Shown here piece after piece: positions 28,024-37,541 of a DNA stretch of 64,000 nt (its first letter is position 1; each line of letters opens with the position of its first letter). This stretch comes from Candidatus Norongarragalinales archaeon (GTDB taxonomy: Archaea; Micrarchaeota; Micrarchaeia; Norongarragalinales; Norongarragalinaceae). The notes under the pieces were generated by a model. The model was not told where the DNA came from, did no database searches, and saw only the letters and a program-made list of their open reading frames with translations. The translations under genes were made by a program, and so were the position numbers. Location of the stretch: contig JAWABJ010000001.1 in the NCBI GenBank assembly GCA_038884755.1, positions 384,001 through 448,000 on the forward strand, given 5' to 3'.

Positions 28024-29169
28024 CTAAAAAAGCTTCTCCAGTTCTTCAGCCCTGTCGGTCTTTTCCCAAGTGAAATCAGAATCTTCCCTGCCGAAATGCC
28101 CGTAAGCCGCTGTTTTCTTGTAAATGGGCCTGAGCAAGTCCAAGTGCTTGATTATTTCGGCGGGCTTGAGAGGAAAGATTTTTTCAATAGCTTCCGCAAG
28201 CCTCTCGTCGCTCACCTTTCCCGTGCCGAACGTTTCCACGAAAACTGAAACCGGCTTCGCAACTCCGATGCTGTAGGCGAGTTGAACCTCGCACTTATCC
28301 GCCAAGCCTGCGGCAACTACGTTCTTTGCAATATAACGCGCCGCATACGCCCCGCTTCTGTCCACCTTGCTCGGGTCTTTGCCGCTGAAGCAGCCTCCGC
28401 CATGGCGCGCGTAACCGCCGTAAGTGTCCACGATAATCTTTCGGCCCGTCACGCCCGTGTCCGCCTCTGGCCCGCCCACTTCGAAAACGCCCGTCGCGTT
28501 TATGTAAAAACGGGTTTTATTGTCGACGAGTTTTCCGCAAACGTGCTTTATCACGTGTTCTTTGACGTCGGAAGCGATTTTTTCTTTGGAAACGTCCTGA
28601 TTGTGCTGGACGGCAATTACAACCGCATCCACTCGCTTGGGCTTTCCATCCTCGTATTCTACTGTCACTTGCGACTTTCCGTCTGGCCTGACCCAAGGTA
28701 AGATTTTCTTTTTCCTAACTTCCGACAGCCTGCGCGTGAGCTTGTGCGCGAGCATTATGGGCAAAGGCATCAGCTCTGGAGTTTCTTTGCACGCAAAACC
28801 GAACATCATGCCCTGGTCGCCCGCCCCCTGCTCTTTTTGCCGCGAGGAGTCAACGCCTATCGCGATATTCTTGCTCTGCTCGTGAATTGAGGTTAAAACA
28901 GCACAGTCTTTCGAATCCAACCCGAATTCTGGGTTGTTGTAGCCTATTTCTTCGAGCGTCTTGCGGATTATGCCGGGAATGTCGGCGTAAGCGCTGGTCG
29001 TAACCTCGCCCGCAACCAACACCAGCCCAGTCGTAGTGAGCGTTTCGACGGCCACGCGCGAGCGCGGGTCTTGATGAAGCAAATCGTCCAGAATCGCGTC
29101 GCTCACTTGGTCGCAAATCTTGTCAGGATGCCCTTCGGTAACGCTTTCTGAAGTGAAAAATTTCCGCAA
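28024..29169 (-). CDS. metK: S-adenosylmethionine synthetase, bacterial/eukaryotic type
   Basis: [54 protein letters not shown]. Confidence 0.97.
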   Translation of the reverse strand: MRKFFTSESVTEGHPDKICDQVSDAILDDLLHQDPRSRVAVETLTTTGLVLVAGEVTTSAYADIPGIIRKTLEEIGYNNPEFGLDSKDCAVLTSIHEQSKNIAIGVDSSRQKEQGAGDQGMMFGFACKETPELMPLPIMLAHKLTRRLSEVRKKKILPWVRPDGKSQVTVEYEDGKPKRVDAVVIAVQHNQDVSKEKIASDVKEHVIKHVCGKLVDNKTRFYINATGVFEVGGPEADTGVTGRKIIVDTYGGYARHGGGCFSGKDPSKVDRSGAYAARYIAKNVVAAGLADKCEVQLAYSIGVAKPVSVFVETFGTGKVSDERLAEAIEKIFPLKPAEIIKHLDLLRPIYKKTAAYGHFGREDSDFTWEKTDRAEELEKLF

Positions 29170-29389
29170 TCAAACCACCATTTTGGATTTCTGGAGCCTT
29201 ACTAATTGACGCAATCGGTTATATAAAAAGATTCGAGTGGGAAACCGAATGAGGCGTTTCAGCAAAATTCGCACACTTTGTTTTCCGAGTGGGCGTGCTT
29301 TCTCGCTTTAGTTTTTTTTGCAGGCATTTCAAACACGCTATGCATCACGCAGCGAAGCCTTTTTAATTTCTCGGAAAGTGCTTATGTAA

Positions 29390-30070
29390 ATGAAATTCTC
29401 GCTTACACTCTGCTTGTTGTCGCCTTCGCTGGCATTTGCGCATTCGACCGGAAACACTTTCGAACAGTTAAGCGCAACGCTCTTGAACACCGCGCTCTAC
29501 GCGCTCGCATTCGTAGTCATAATCGCCATCACGGCTGCTGTTTTTAAGGAAGAGTTGGGCGATAAGGGAAAGAAAGCCGCTTTCGTTTTAATTGCTTTGA
29601 TCGTGGTTGCTACTACGCTCTACCTGGGCGGTTCGATAGTCTGGGTTAATTTGAATTCCGCCAGTGGAGGGCCAGTGCATTGGCATGCGGATTACGAAGT
29701 TTGGGCTTGCGGCGAGAAAATCGAAATGCAGATGTCAGAAGGGCTTTCAAACAAAATCGGAACTCAGCTTTTCCACCACCACAACGACATGCGCATTCAC
29801 GTTGAAGGAGTCGTTATGAATTTGGAGGACGTGGAGTTGGGAGAATTTTTCGAGGCGATCGGTGGAGAGTTTACGAAAGACGAACTTAAGGTGGTACTGC
29901 AAGATGGAACAGTCCAAACACTGCGCAACGGCGATTTGTGCCCCGACGGTCATGCGGGAACGCTCAAGCTTTACGTTAACGGCGAGTTGAACAAAAAAAT
30001 GAACGAGTACGTCATCAAGCCCTACTCGCAAGTACCACCAGGCGACGTCTTAAAGATAGTTTTTGATTGA
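29390..30070 (+). CDS. Membrane-anchored His-motif protein
   Basis: Signal peptide plus 2 TM, HWHADY, HHHNDMRIHVE, beta-grasp-like end (LYVNG..YVI..GDVLKIVF). Confidence 0.75.
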   Translation: MKFSLTLCLLSPSLAFAHSTGNTFEQLSATLLNTALYALAFVVIIAITAAVFKEELGDKGKKAAFVLIALIVVATTLYLGGSIVWVNLNSASGGPVHWHADYEVWACGEKIEMQMSEGLSNKIGTQLFHHHNDMRIHVEGVVMNLEDVELGEFFEAIGGEFTKDELKVVLQDGTVQTLRNGDLCPDGHAGTLKLYVNGELNKKMNEYVIKPYSQVPPGDVLKIVFD

Positions 30071-30085
30071 ATGGTGTGAAAAAGA

Positions 30086-30793
30086 ATGACTGTTGAAGCA
30101 ACTTTGCCGGCGCTTTGGACTGTGGTGGTTACCGCGGCAATCGACTCCATAAATCCGTGTGCGATAGGCGTTTTGATTTTGCTGGTTTCGGTGCTTATTG
30201 CGAGAGAAAAAAAGAAAGACCTGCTGACTTACGGTTTTGCATATATTGCGGCAGTATACGTTACGTACTTGCTTGCTGGCTTGGGCTTGCTCTTTTTCCT
30301 ACAGTCGGTTCCCATCGTCGTTACGCAATACATTTCGATTGCGGTCGCGGGAATAATAGCGCTGGTTGCGCTCGTGGAAATCAAAGACGTTTTTTGGTAC
30401 GGGCAAGGATTTTCTCTCGCTATTCCGCCTGACATGACGAAAAAAATCCACGATTACATCGAACATCTTTCCCTCCCAATGGTTATATTTCTTGGCGCTT
30501 TCGTAGCTGCAGTTGAATTGCCTTGCACCGGCGCGCCGTATCTTGCGATAATCCTCTTGCTTTCCCACAACTTCGACTTGTACGCTTTCGGGCTGCTTAT
30601 GCTTTACAATTTGATTTTTGTGCTTCCGCTCGTCACAATCCTCATCCTCGTAAAGCTCGGAACGAGGATAAGCGAAATCAAAGCTTGGAAACTCGCATCA
30701 AGAGGGTATATGCGCTTGGCGATTGGATTACTTTTGATTGCTTTGTCTTGGTTGTTGATTTTAATATCCGGCGGGGTTATTGCAATAGAATGA
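30086..30793 (+). CDS. CcdA/DsbD-like membrane thiol-redox transporter
   Basis: DSINPCA and ELPCTGAPY Cys motifs, LYNLIFVLPL, 6 TM helices. Confidence 0.85.
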   Translation: MTVEATLPALWTVVVTAAIDSINPCAIGVLILLVSVLIAREKKKDLLTYGFAYIAAVYVTYLLAGLGLLFFLQSVPIVVTQYISIAVAGIIALVALVEIKDVFWYGQGFSLAIPPDMTKKIHDYIEHLSLPMVIFLGAFVAAVELPCTGAPYLAIILLLSHNFDLYAFGLLMLYNLIFVLPLVTILILVKLGTRISEIKAWKLASRGYMRLAIGLLLIALSWLLILISGGVIAIE

Positions 30794-30804
30794 GAAGGAG
30801 TGGA

Positions 30805-31071
30805 ATGTACATAGTAAAGCGACGGGGTCACAAGGAAGAGTTCGACGAGAAGAAGCTTTACGCTTCGGTTTACTACGCTTGTAAGTCGGTCGAAATCGAA
30901 CGGAAAAAGTGCGTAGGCATTGCGGAAAAGCTCTTGAGGAAAATAAAAGCGAAACTCAAGAAAAAGAAAATCATCGATTCGCACGAGATTTTCCGAAGCG
31001 TGGGACGAGAGTTGGAAAAGCAAGACGAGCACGCCGCTTTGATGTACAAGACCCATAGGGATTTGTCTTGA
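30805..31071 (+). CDS. Stand-alone ATP-cone domain protein
   Basis: MYIVKRRGHKEEFDEKKL..IDSHEI..A..Y ATP-cone pattern; GGAGTGG SD. Confidence 0.85.
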   Translation: MYIVKRRGHKEEFDEKKLYASVYYACKSVEIERKKCVGIAEKLLRKIKAKLKKKKIIDSHEIFRSVGRELEKQDEHAALMYKTHRDLS

Positions 31072-31129
31072 CGGCGTAGGAAAACGTTTTAACTATTCCC
31101 GCTTGCATAGTATTTTTCTTACTTTCAGC

Positions 31130-31262
31130 GGGCCCGTAGCTTAGCCTGGTGGAGCGTTCGACTGATAGGGCTTTTTACCCCTGGGGAAAAACCCCCGAAA
31201 AAAAAGGGAGAAAAAGGCTTTTTGAAATCGAAAGGTCCCCGGTCCAAATCCGGGCGGGCCCA
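31130..31262 (+). tRNA. tRNA-Ile(GAT) with 59-nt intron at 37/38 (intron 31168-31226)
   Basis: Acceptor GGGCCCG/CGGGCCC, anticodon stem TTCGA/TCGAA, loop CT-GAT-A, T-arm CCCGG/CCGGG; intron ends are self-complementary. Confidence 0.9.
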
Positions 31263-31301
31263 CTTCAGTCTGAATAGAGATTGAAAAGTGGTTAAAAAAA
31301 A

Positions 31302-32222
31302 ATGGCAACTACCGAAAGTCCCCTGCAGCGGTTCTTGCGTTCAAGGTTGAATCTCTTGGAAGAAACTATAAGAAATTCTCCTGAGGCGAGGTTTTCTTTA
31401 TTGCACCATCCCGAAGCGGGCAACATCCAGGCAGTCGTCATGGGAATAAAACCTGCGGCCATGATAATGATAAAAAACGCTTCAGAATTGGTGCGAATCT
31501 TGAACGAGCAAGCCGGAAAGGATTTGTTTGTTGAAGCGAAAGGGGTAATCGGCAATCCGGTGGGCATGCTTCACGTTATCGAAGAACATCCAGACGTGTT
31601 CAAAAAAAACGAGGAGGTTCGGAATGCCGCAAGGGAACGCAGGCCTATAGCCCCCAAAAAAGTGCTCGAAACCCTTTACGGACACGAGCAAGTCGGGCTT
31701 ATGTTCGGGTTTTCCAGGCAATCGGTAAGAGCTTTTGCGAAAAGCAAGAGAATAGACCCGAACGGTTTTTTGTATTACATGCTTAGAAAACGTCTCAAAG
31801 AAAGCGGCGAATCGAAATCGCTAGAAAAGTTTTACGGCATCCGGCCCGAAGAGTACGCGCTTGAAGCGCCACCAAACCGAGTGAAACGGAGGGTAGCCGT
31901 TTCAATTGCAAGGAAACACGTCAAGCAAATCCTTCAAAACCTGGACGAAGAGCTTGCAAAACGCTTTCCTGGAAACGAAGAGAATATCAAGAAACTGATT
32001 TTAGGCGGGAAAGAAAAGGTAGACCCAGAGCGTTATTTCAAATCAAAATTCAAGCCCCAAATATTAAACAGCCTTTTCACTCAAGACCCTTTCTTCCCAT
32101 ACGTGCTTTACTTCACAGACAGGCAGGGCATGCGCGGAATCGCGAACGCGCACAGGGTTCTCGCGGGCGTCGGATTCAAGGAAAAAATCGAACAACTGAA
32201 AAGGGAATTCCCCGCGAGGTAG
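31302..32222 (+). CDS. Hypothetical protein
   Basis: 306 aa ORF; GIKPAA and HEQVGLMFGFS weakly recall DUF3793-type motifs. Confidence 0.7.
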   Translation: MATTESPLQRFLRSRLNLLEETIRNSPEARFSLLHHPEAGNIQAVVMGIKPAAMIMIKNASELVRILNEQAGKDLFVEAKGVIGNPVGMLHVIEEHPDVFKKNEEVRNAARERRPIAPKKVLETLYGHEQVGLMFGFSRQSVRAFAKSKRIDPNGFLYYMLRKRLKESGESKSLEKFYGIRPEEYALEAPPNRVKRRVAVSIARKHVKQILQNLDEELAKRFPGNEENIKKLILGGKEKVDPERYFKSKFKPQILNSLFTQDPFFPYVLYFTDRQGMRGIANAHRVLAGVGFKEKIEQLKREFPAR

Positions 32223-32228
32223 TGGAAC

Positions 32229-32828
32229 TTGGTGGAACGCGTTTTTCTCGTGCGGCACGCGGAAACCGCCGCGAACATTCTCGAGTTGGTGCAAGGCGTT
32301 TTCGACTCGGAATTATCAGAAAAGGGAATCAGGCAGGCGAAAGCCCTAGGGGAAGCGCTGGGAAAAGAAAAAATCGGGTGCGTTTACGCGAGCGATTCCG
32401 GAAGGGCGAGAGAAACGATGCGGGAAAGCCTGCTCGAAGGTAAATTCAAGGTTGTTTACGCGAAAGAACTGCGTGAACGCAATTACGGGGTTTTGGAAAA
32501 CAAGGCATGGCATGCGCTGAGCGAAGAGGAAAGCAAGATTTACAAAAGCCACGACTTGCGCCCGGACGGCGGGGAGAGCATCGGAGACTTGAGCGCGCGC
32601 GTCATTCCTTTTTTCAACAAAATGATTTTGGAAAGCCACGAGAGCATAATGGTGCTGACGCACCACAACGTCATTTCAGCGATGTCCTGTTTTTTGATGG
32701 GAATGCCCCTGGAAAAATGGAGGGCGTTCCGCACCGACAACTGTTCAATAAGCGAATTCTACTATCGTGACGGTGTTTGGAGGATAAAGCGCGTCAACGA
32801 CACTTGCCACTTGAACGGCGTCGACTAG
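32229..32828 (+). CDS. Histidine phosphatase (phosphoglycerate mutase family)
   Basis: LVRHAET, ASDSGRARET, LRERNYG, GGES, THH, NCSI, NDTCHL. Confidence 0.92.
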   Translation: MVERVFLVRHAETAANILELVQGVFDSELSEKGIRQAKALGEALGKEKIGCVYASDSGRARETMRESLLEGKFKVVYAKELRERNYGVLENKAWHALSEEESKIYKSHDLRPDGGESIGDLSARVIPFFNKMILESHESIMVLTHHNVISAMSCFLMGMPLEKWRAFRTDNCSISEFYYRDGVWRIKRVNDTCHLNGVD

Positions 32829-33162
32829 TCTGAATGCGTCCACGCCCAAGCCTGCAAGGCGACAACGGCTGCAAGGTTCGGAACGAGCTTGTTGTAAAGC
32901 TCGGCTCTCAATTTCCAGCTTTCGGAAGTTTCAACGAAATTGTGTTCAAACAAGTCCAGTTTGCGGCGTTTTATGCTTACTTCCTTTTGCAACCTAGACA
33001 AGCTTTGTGCCACAGTTTCGTTCAAACTCTCTCGCGACGAAATCTGGTTTTTGATAATGAAGCGTTTGGCATTGGATAGTATTTCTTGCGGTCGGAATCG
33101 GGAAGCATAACCAAACCAGGATGCACCCTCAAATCGCTTAAAACCTTTCTTGCAAATTCCAC
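32825..33162 (-). other. Two small overlapping ORFs (33022-33162 and 32825-33025) or one frameshifted hypothetical gene
   Basis: GTG-started 46 aa ORF; the second frame is open back to the cutA stop but has no start codon before TTG 33025. Confidence 0.35.
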
Positions 33163-33169
33163 ATGCGGT

Positions 33170-33481
33170 TCACTTGACGACGTTTTTCAGCCACCTCCAG
33201 TAGTCTTCGCTGCACTCGGCGTTGAAAAAGATTATGCAAGGCGTTTCGTAAGAATGCATTTTCCTTATCTCGCGTTCAAGTTTCTTCCTGTTTTTCGGCA
33301 GGGTTTTTAGAAACAATACGGATTCGCTCGTGCGCTGCGGATGGCCTTTCCACGCGAAGAACGAGCGCGCATCGTGCACTGCCACCGAACATGCGGCGGT
33401 TTTCTTTTCCACTAGCGCGTGCGCCAGCTCTTCCGCCTCCTTGGCGTTCTTGCACGTCACGTAGCAAAACAAAATTTTCAT
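33170..33481 (-). CDS. cutA: Divalent-cation tolerance protein CutA
   Basis: YVTC, LVEKKTAAC, SFFAWKG, E..LFLKT, HSYETPCI. Confidence 0.92.
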   Translation of the reverse strand: MKILFCYVTCKNAKEAEELAHALVEKKTAACSVAVHDARSFFAWKGHPQRTSESVLFLKTLPKNRKKLEREIRKMHSYETPCIIFFNAECSEDYWRWLKNVVK

Positions 33482-33486
33482 TCCAA

Positions 33487-34455
33487 TCAGTCTTCCCAAG
33501 CGATCAACAGCTTCTGCTGCTCTTCCAGCGCGCTCGCGTTGACTCCTTTCTTCCGCAACTCGCGCGCCAACCGCTTTGCGCTGCCGTATTCAGTAAAAAC
33601 CTTTTTCGCCCCCGTGCGTTCCACAAAATCCATCAGCTCCGGAAAGTCGGAGTGGTCGCTCAGGCAAAACGCTTTCGCGTTCGCAAAGCGTTCGGTCAAA
33701 GCCCAGCCCGTCGCAACCGCAGTCGCGACTTTCTTTCCGTACGCCCTGCTCAACTGAAAGGCGAAGTTGTTGTTGACTTTGTTCATTGGAACCACTGCAA
33801 CAAAGTTTTTTTCCAACTCCTTTAGCCCCTCGTCCGACGAAGAGCCGATGAAGTCGAGCTTGACGCCGTGCTTCACGTAAACGCCGTTCACCCTCGCAAT
33901 CGAGTCTTCCACTACGGGTGTTACGTCCGCGTAGTCGTTCAACACTCGCGTGAGCTCTTGCGCTTTCCCCAAAGAATACCCGCCCAAAACCACTATGCCC
34001 TGCTTTTGCTTTTCCAAAACCCAGTTCGCGATTTCCTTCGCGACGCTCTCTCGGTCTGGAAAAACGAATTCAGGAGACCCGAAAGTCGCCTCCATCAAAA
34101 GCGTGTCGCACTGCGGAACTTCCGCGCCTTTCACGCAATAAGAATCGGAAAGCCTGAAGTCGCCAGTATAAGCAAAAACTCCGCCGTCGCCTTCGGCAAC
34201 CAACTGCCTCGCGCCCAAAACGTGCCCCGCGCTTATCAAGCGCGTGCCGTAATGCGAGTGCATTATGCTGTGCGCCGAAGCATAACCCCTTGCCTGCAGC
34301 AAATCCACCGTCTCTTCGCTGGCAAGCATTGCCGGAACGCGAGATTTCAAGGCGTGGTCGGAGTGGGCGTGGGAAATGAACGAAAGCTCGCCCGCGTGGT
34401 CGAGCGTTATTTCCTTCAAGCCTACCTGCACTCTCGGGGGGTTGAACGAAAGCAT
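33487..34455 (-). CDS. Metallo-beta-lactamase-fold nuclease
   Basis: SHAHSDH, AGHVLG, YTGD, EATFG, YSLGKAQE, TGW, LSDHSD. Confidence 0.9.
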   Translation of the reverse strand: MLSFNPPRVQVGLKEITLDHAGELSFISHAHSDHALKSRVPAMLASEETVDLLQARGYASAHSIMHSHYGTRLISAGHVLGARQLVAEGDGGVFAYTGDFRLSDSYCVKGAEVPQCDTLLMEATFGSPEFVFPDRESVAKEIANWVLEKQKQGIVVLGGYSLGKAQELTRVLNDYADVTPVVEDSIARVNGVYVKHGVKLDFIGSSSDEGLKELEKNFVAVVPMNKVNNNFAFQLSRAYGKKVATAVATGWALTERFANAKAFCLSDHSDFPELMDFVERTGAKKVFTEYGSAKRLARELRKKGVNASALEEQQKLLIAWED

Positions 34456-34506
34456 AAGCTTGCATTACGCAAGCCGAATAAAAAAAGGTTCTTTCGCTTT
34501 CCCACT

Positions 34507-35114
34507 TCAAGCGCATGCTTCAAGCAGGCCCGAAACCAGCTCGGAAGCCTTGTCCTGGAAGGGCAGCGAACCCGTGTTTTGCTCGGTCAAAACCACCGTT
34601 ATCAAGTGCCTGAAACCGTTGCACTCCATTTCAAACTCCGTCCGTATTGAAGGCTGTTGGGAGCCGGACTGCACGAAAGCCATTTTTTCCTTGCTTCCGC
34701 CAGCCCGCTCGAATTCAACCAGCGTCTTGTCTGGCGGCCATTTGGTGAAAGTGGAAGGCTTTACGTCCACGCGTATGTTGAAGTAGTCGCTCTCTCCGCC
34801 CGTGAAGTACGAAATCCTGCCGCTGGCGGGGTCCTTGTCTTCAGTGAAAGCAAACGGCTTGCCGAAAACGCTTTCCAAAACTCCGCCCACGCCATCCCTC
34901 AATTCGGAAAGCTCTTGCACCGGCTCTTCGGTCGCCGAAGGCAATGGGGTGGGCGTGGCAGTCGCAGTGGCAGTCGCCGTTGCGGTTGGCACGGCTGTTG
35001 CAACCACAGTGGGGCTTGGCGAAGGCGATGAGGACTGCACGCAGCCGGAAAGCAAGACGGAAAAAACTATTAAAACCGTGTGAAAACTTTCGCAAACGAA
35101 TTCAACCAGCTCAT
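34507..35114 (-). pseudogene. Putative lipoprotein with frameshift in its signal peptide
   Basis: Main ORF ..TVLIVFSVLLSGCVQ has no upstream start in frame; (MSW)LNSFAKVF lies in another frame and joins if 2 nt at 35080-35081 are removed. Confidence 0.55.
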
Positions 35115-35136
35115 TTCACACACCCCGTTGTTTCAT

Positions 35137-35610
35137 TTAAAACAAGGGCTTTCCGCCCGTCTCCCCGCTCCCGCCTTGGCTGAACATGTCCATGGAAGAA
35201 GACTGGGAAGGGAAAAAGTCCAGTTGGGAGTCTTGCGCCGGCTTTTCGGGCCTCACGCCCAAAAGCAAGTGCAAAGCTTCCTTGAGCCGCTCTTCCGCCA
35301 ACTCGCCTATACTCCCCTCTTCGTCCATCACCGTGCAAACCAGGCAGTATTTGCCCGAATCCTTTTCCACGTCGACAATCTTCTCTTGGGCAAGCGCGAG
35401 CGAAACCCGCTCTTCCTCGCTCGACTGCACGAAAACGATGCAAGCGTCCACGCCCGCGTAAAAAAGTTTTTTCACCGCGGCAGGCGTGTTCAAGAGCGTA
35501 GGCGCCTGTTCGAACTCCAAATCCACTCCAATTTCCTGGCTCGCGATTTTCTGTATCAATTCCTTGGCATCAAAATCGTTGGTCAACGCCGTAACAAATC
35601 CTATTCTCAT
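35137..35610 (-). CDS. Divergent archaeal riboflavin synthase (RibC)/lumazine-synthase-fold protein
   Basis: MRIGFV, P....PAAVKKL, GVDACIV, GKY..V.DEE, LAEER..LL align by eye with archaeal RibC. Confidence 0.6.
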   Translation of the reverse strand: MRIGFVTALTNDFDAKELIQKIASQEIGVDLEFEQAPTLLNTPAAVKKLFYAGVDACIVFVQSSEEERVSLALAQEKIVDVEKDSGKYCLVCTVMDEEGSIGELAEERLKEALHLLLGVRPEKPAQDSQLDFFPSQSSSMDMFSQGGSGETGGKPLF

Positions 35611-35685
35611 GGTTTAAACAACGCACGGGGCATTATTAAAAACTACAGTGGAAAGCCAATCCGGCCGAAAGCGCTTGGCGGGGAT

Positions 35686-36645
35686 TCAAGACTGGTTTAT
35701 AGCCTGCTCTGCAATGCCCTCGCTCGCGTCGAGAATGCTATTGGAATGCTCTACCAGAGGGCTGTAGCCCATTCCCTTCTGCCACAAGCGCTTGTTCAAA
35801 TCGCCCATTTCCGAATGCAGGGAAGGCTTGCTTTTGATTGCCTTCATTGACAGTGAAAAGTCTTTTTCGATAAACGCTTTGACCGCGTCCTTGTACAAGG
35901 AGTAAACTTTTTCGAACGAAGGGCGGAAGGGCTTGAAAACGTCGCTCTTCTCGCGCGACAGGATTTTAGCCATGGCAGTGACATGGTCGGCAATGCGTTC
36001 CACGTAAAGCGTAGCCGTCGCATAGTCTATACAGCGGTTTGCCGTCAAACTCAAGCCCCGCAAGACTTGCGGGTTTTTCAAAGCCAGGTTCAACTGTCGC
36101 AGGAGGAGGAACCTAAGCCGGTCCACCTCGTCATCCCTCTCAACGACAGCTTCAAGCTCTTTCCCTTCAATCAAGTCTTCGAACAAACTGCAGGTAATCA
36201 AGTGCATGCGCTTCATGGTCTTCTCGATGCTCAGCCCCTCGCGCGAGAAAAAGTCTTTCACTACGATCACGCTGGGCGTCTCGTCTACGATTTCAAGACC
36301 GATGAGCCTCTTCGTTTCATGCAAAATCGTTTTCCGCAGTTCGGGAGTAATGCGAGAAGAAGAATGCACGCGGATGGAATCGAAACCGGCAAGATACGCT
36401 GAATAAAACTTTCGGGTCAACTCTTCCTTTGAAGACACGTCGCTCACACTCAAGTCGAAAGACTCGCGCTTTTCCTCCGCAACGCGCGTGGAAAGCATCA
36501 TGCTCCCGTCCGGCTGTTCCAGCGCGAACAATTCCGAACCCTTCTTCACACCCGTCCGTTCTGTCCAGCTGCGCGGCAGCGAGACGATTAGAGTAGACGT
36601 GCCGGTCTTCTGCACTATCCTCTTCTGCCCCACAATATCACTCAT
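35686..36645 (-). CDS. AbrB-PhoU phosphate uptake regulator
   Basis: VQKTGTSTLIVSLPRSW AbrB domain; YLAG, GLEIV, DDEVDR, ERIADH PhoU repeats. Confidence 0.92.
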   Translation of the reverse strand: MSDIVGQKRIVQKTGTSTLIVSLPRSWTERTGVKKGSELFALEQPDGSMMLSTRVAEEKRESFDLSVSDVSSKEELTRKFYSAYLAGFDSIRVHSSSRITPELRKTILHETKRLIGLEIVDETPSVIVVKDFFSREGLSIEKTMKRMHLITCSLFEDLIEGKELEAVVERDDEVDRLRFLLLRQLNLALKNPQVLRGLSLTANRCIDYATATLYVERIADHVTAMAKILSREKSDVFKPFRPSFEKVYSLYKDAVKAFIEKDFSLSMKAIKSKPSLHSEMGDLNKRLWQKGMGYSPLVEHSNSILDASEGIAEQAINQS

Positions 36646-36788
36646 TATCCGATTTTATCCGAATAACTATTTCTTGCTTGAGTATATACGATACTAATCG
36701 GAATATATACTTTTTTCCGTATTTGTTTAAATATATTGGTATTTTTCATAGTTGCAGAACCCATAACACTATTCCCCAGCGTAATCGG

Positions 36789-36986
36789 ATGATGTTCATT
36801 CCGGTTCTCTTTCCGCAATTCGCTTCGGCGTTGGCAATGAGCGTGCTGCTTTTCGCCATGGTTTTCGAAGCAAACCCTAACACGCGGTTTTTGGAGGCGC
36901 TTGCGGTTTTCGCCCTGTTCTGGATTTCGATTGCGTTCTACGCGCTCGCGCAAAAGCGCGTTTCCCAGACTAAAAGCCTTTTCTGA
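36789..36986 (+). CDS. Small two-TM membrane protein
   Basis: Hydrophobic 65 aa ORF divergent from the PhoU regulator. Confidence 0.45.
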   Translation: MMFIPVLFPQFASALAMSVLLFAMVFEANPNTRFLEALAVFALFWISIAFYALAQKRVSQTKSLF

Positions 36987-37488
36987 ACAAAAGCGAGGCG
37001 TCTTGTTTCAGGGCGGCGAGCAAATGCCCGTCTGCAGCCAGGTGGGAAGCGAAAGCAACTGCCGAAGCAAGAGCGACCGTTTTCGAGCCTGTGAGCATGA
37101 ACGCGGCGGCGCACGCCAACGCGCCAAAAGCGAAAGTGTGCGGAAACTGCCTATGCATGCGCCCGCTTTTCGCGTAAAGGAAATGCCCAACCAGGAGGAG
37201 CAAGGCGAAAACGGCTTTTGCAAGGGGAACAACGCTTTTGACTGAAGAGAATTCAATCACGGACGCCGCTGCGAAGGCCAGCAACGCAAGCTGGAAGAGC
37301 TTGCTCGCGAAGGAATTCAACGAATCCACGTCGGGAAGGAGTGAAAACAAGGCTATTGCGAGCAAAAAAGTTAGCGCAAGCGGCGTGTTCTGGAAAAACT
37401 GGAGGGAAAAAAAGCCCGTTTTCGAGAGAATCCAGAATAACGCGGCGTTCGCGGCAAAGCCGACGGCTATGTGCTCGTAAAATCTCAT
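36970..37488 (-). CDS. Membrane-bound metal-dependent hydrolase (YdjM-like)
   Basis: H..G, LPDVD, HRQFPHT, SHLAAD. Confidence 0.85.
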   Translation of the reverse strand: MRFYEHIAVGFAANAALFWILSKTGFFSLQFFQNTPLALTFLLAIALFSLLPDVDSLNSFASKLFQLALLAFAAASVIEFSSVKSVVPLAKAVFALLLLVGHFLYAKSGRMHRQFPHTFAFGALACAAAFMLTGSKTVALASAVAFASHLAADGHLLAALKQDASLLFRKGF

Positions 37489-37541
37489 TGGCGGGTCTGA
37501 AACAACTTAATGCGCGCGGGAATTAAACGCTTGCGCTGCGG

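Noticed and set aside
29170..29389. SAM riboswitch upstream of metK, or a small ORF at 29278-29547
   Set aside because: No SAM-I core motifs are visible on the minus strand. The ORF overlaps the better-supported 29390 gene.
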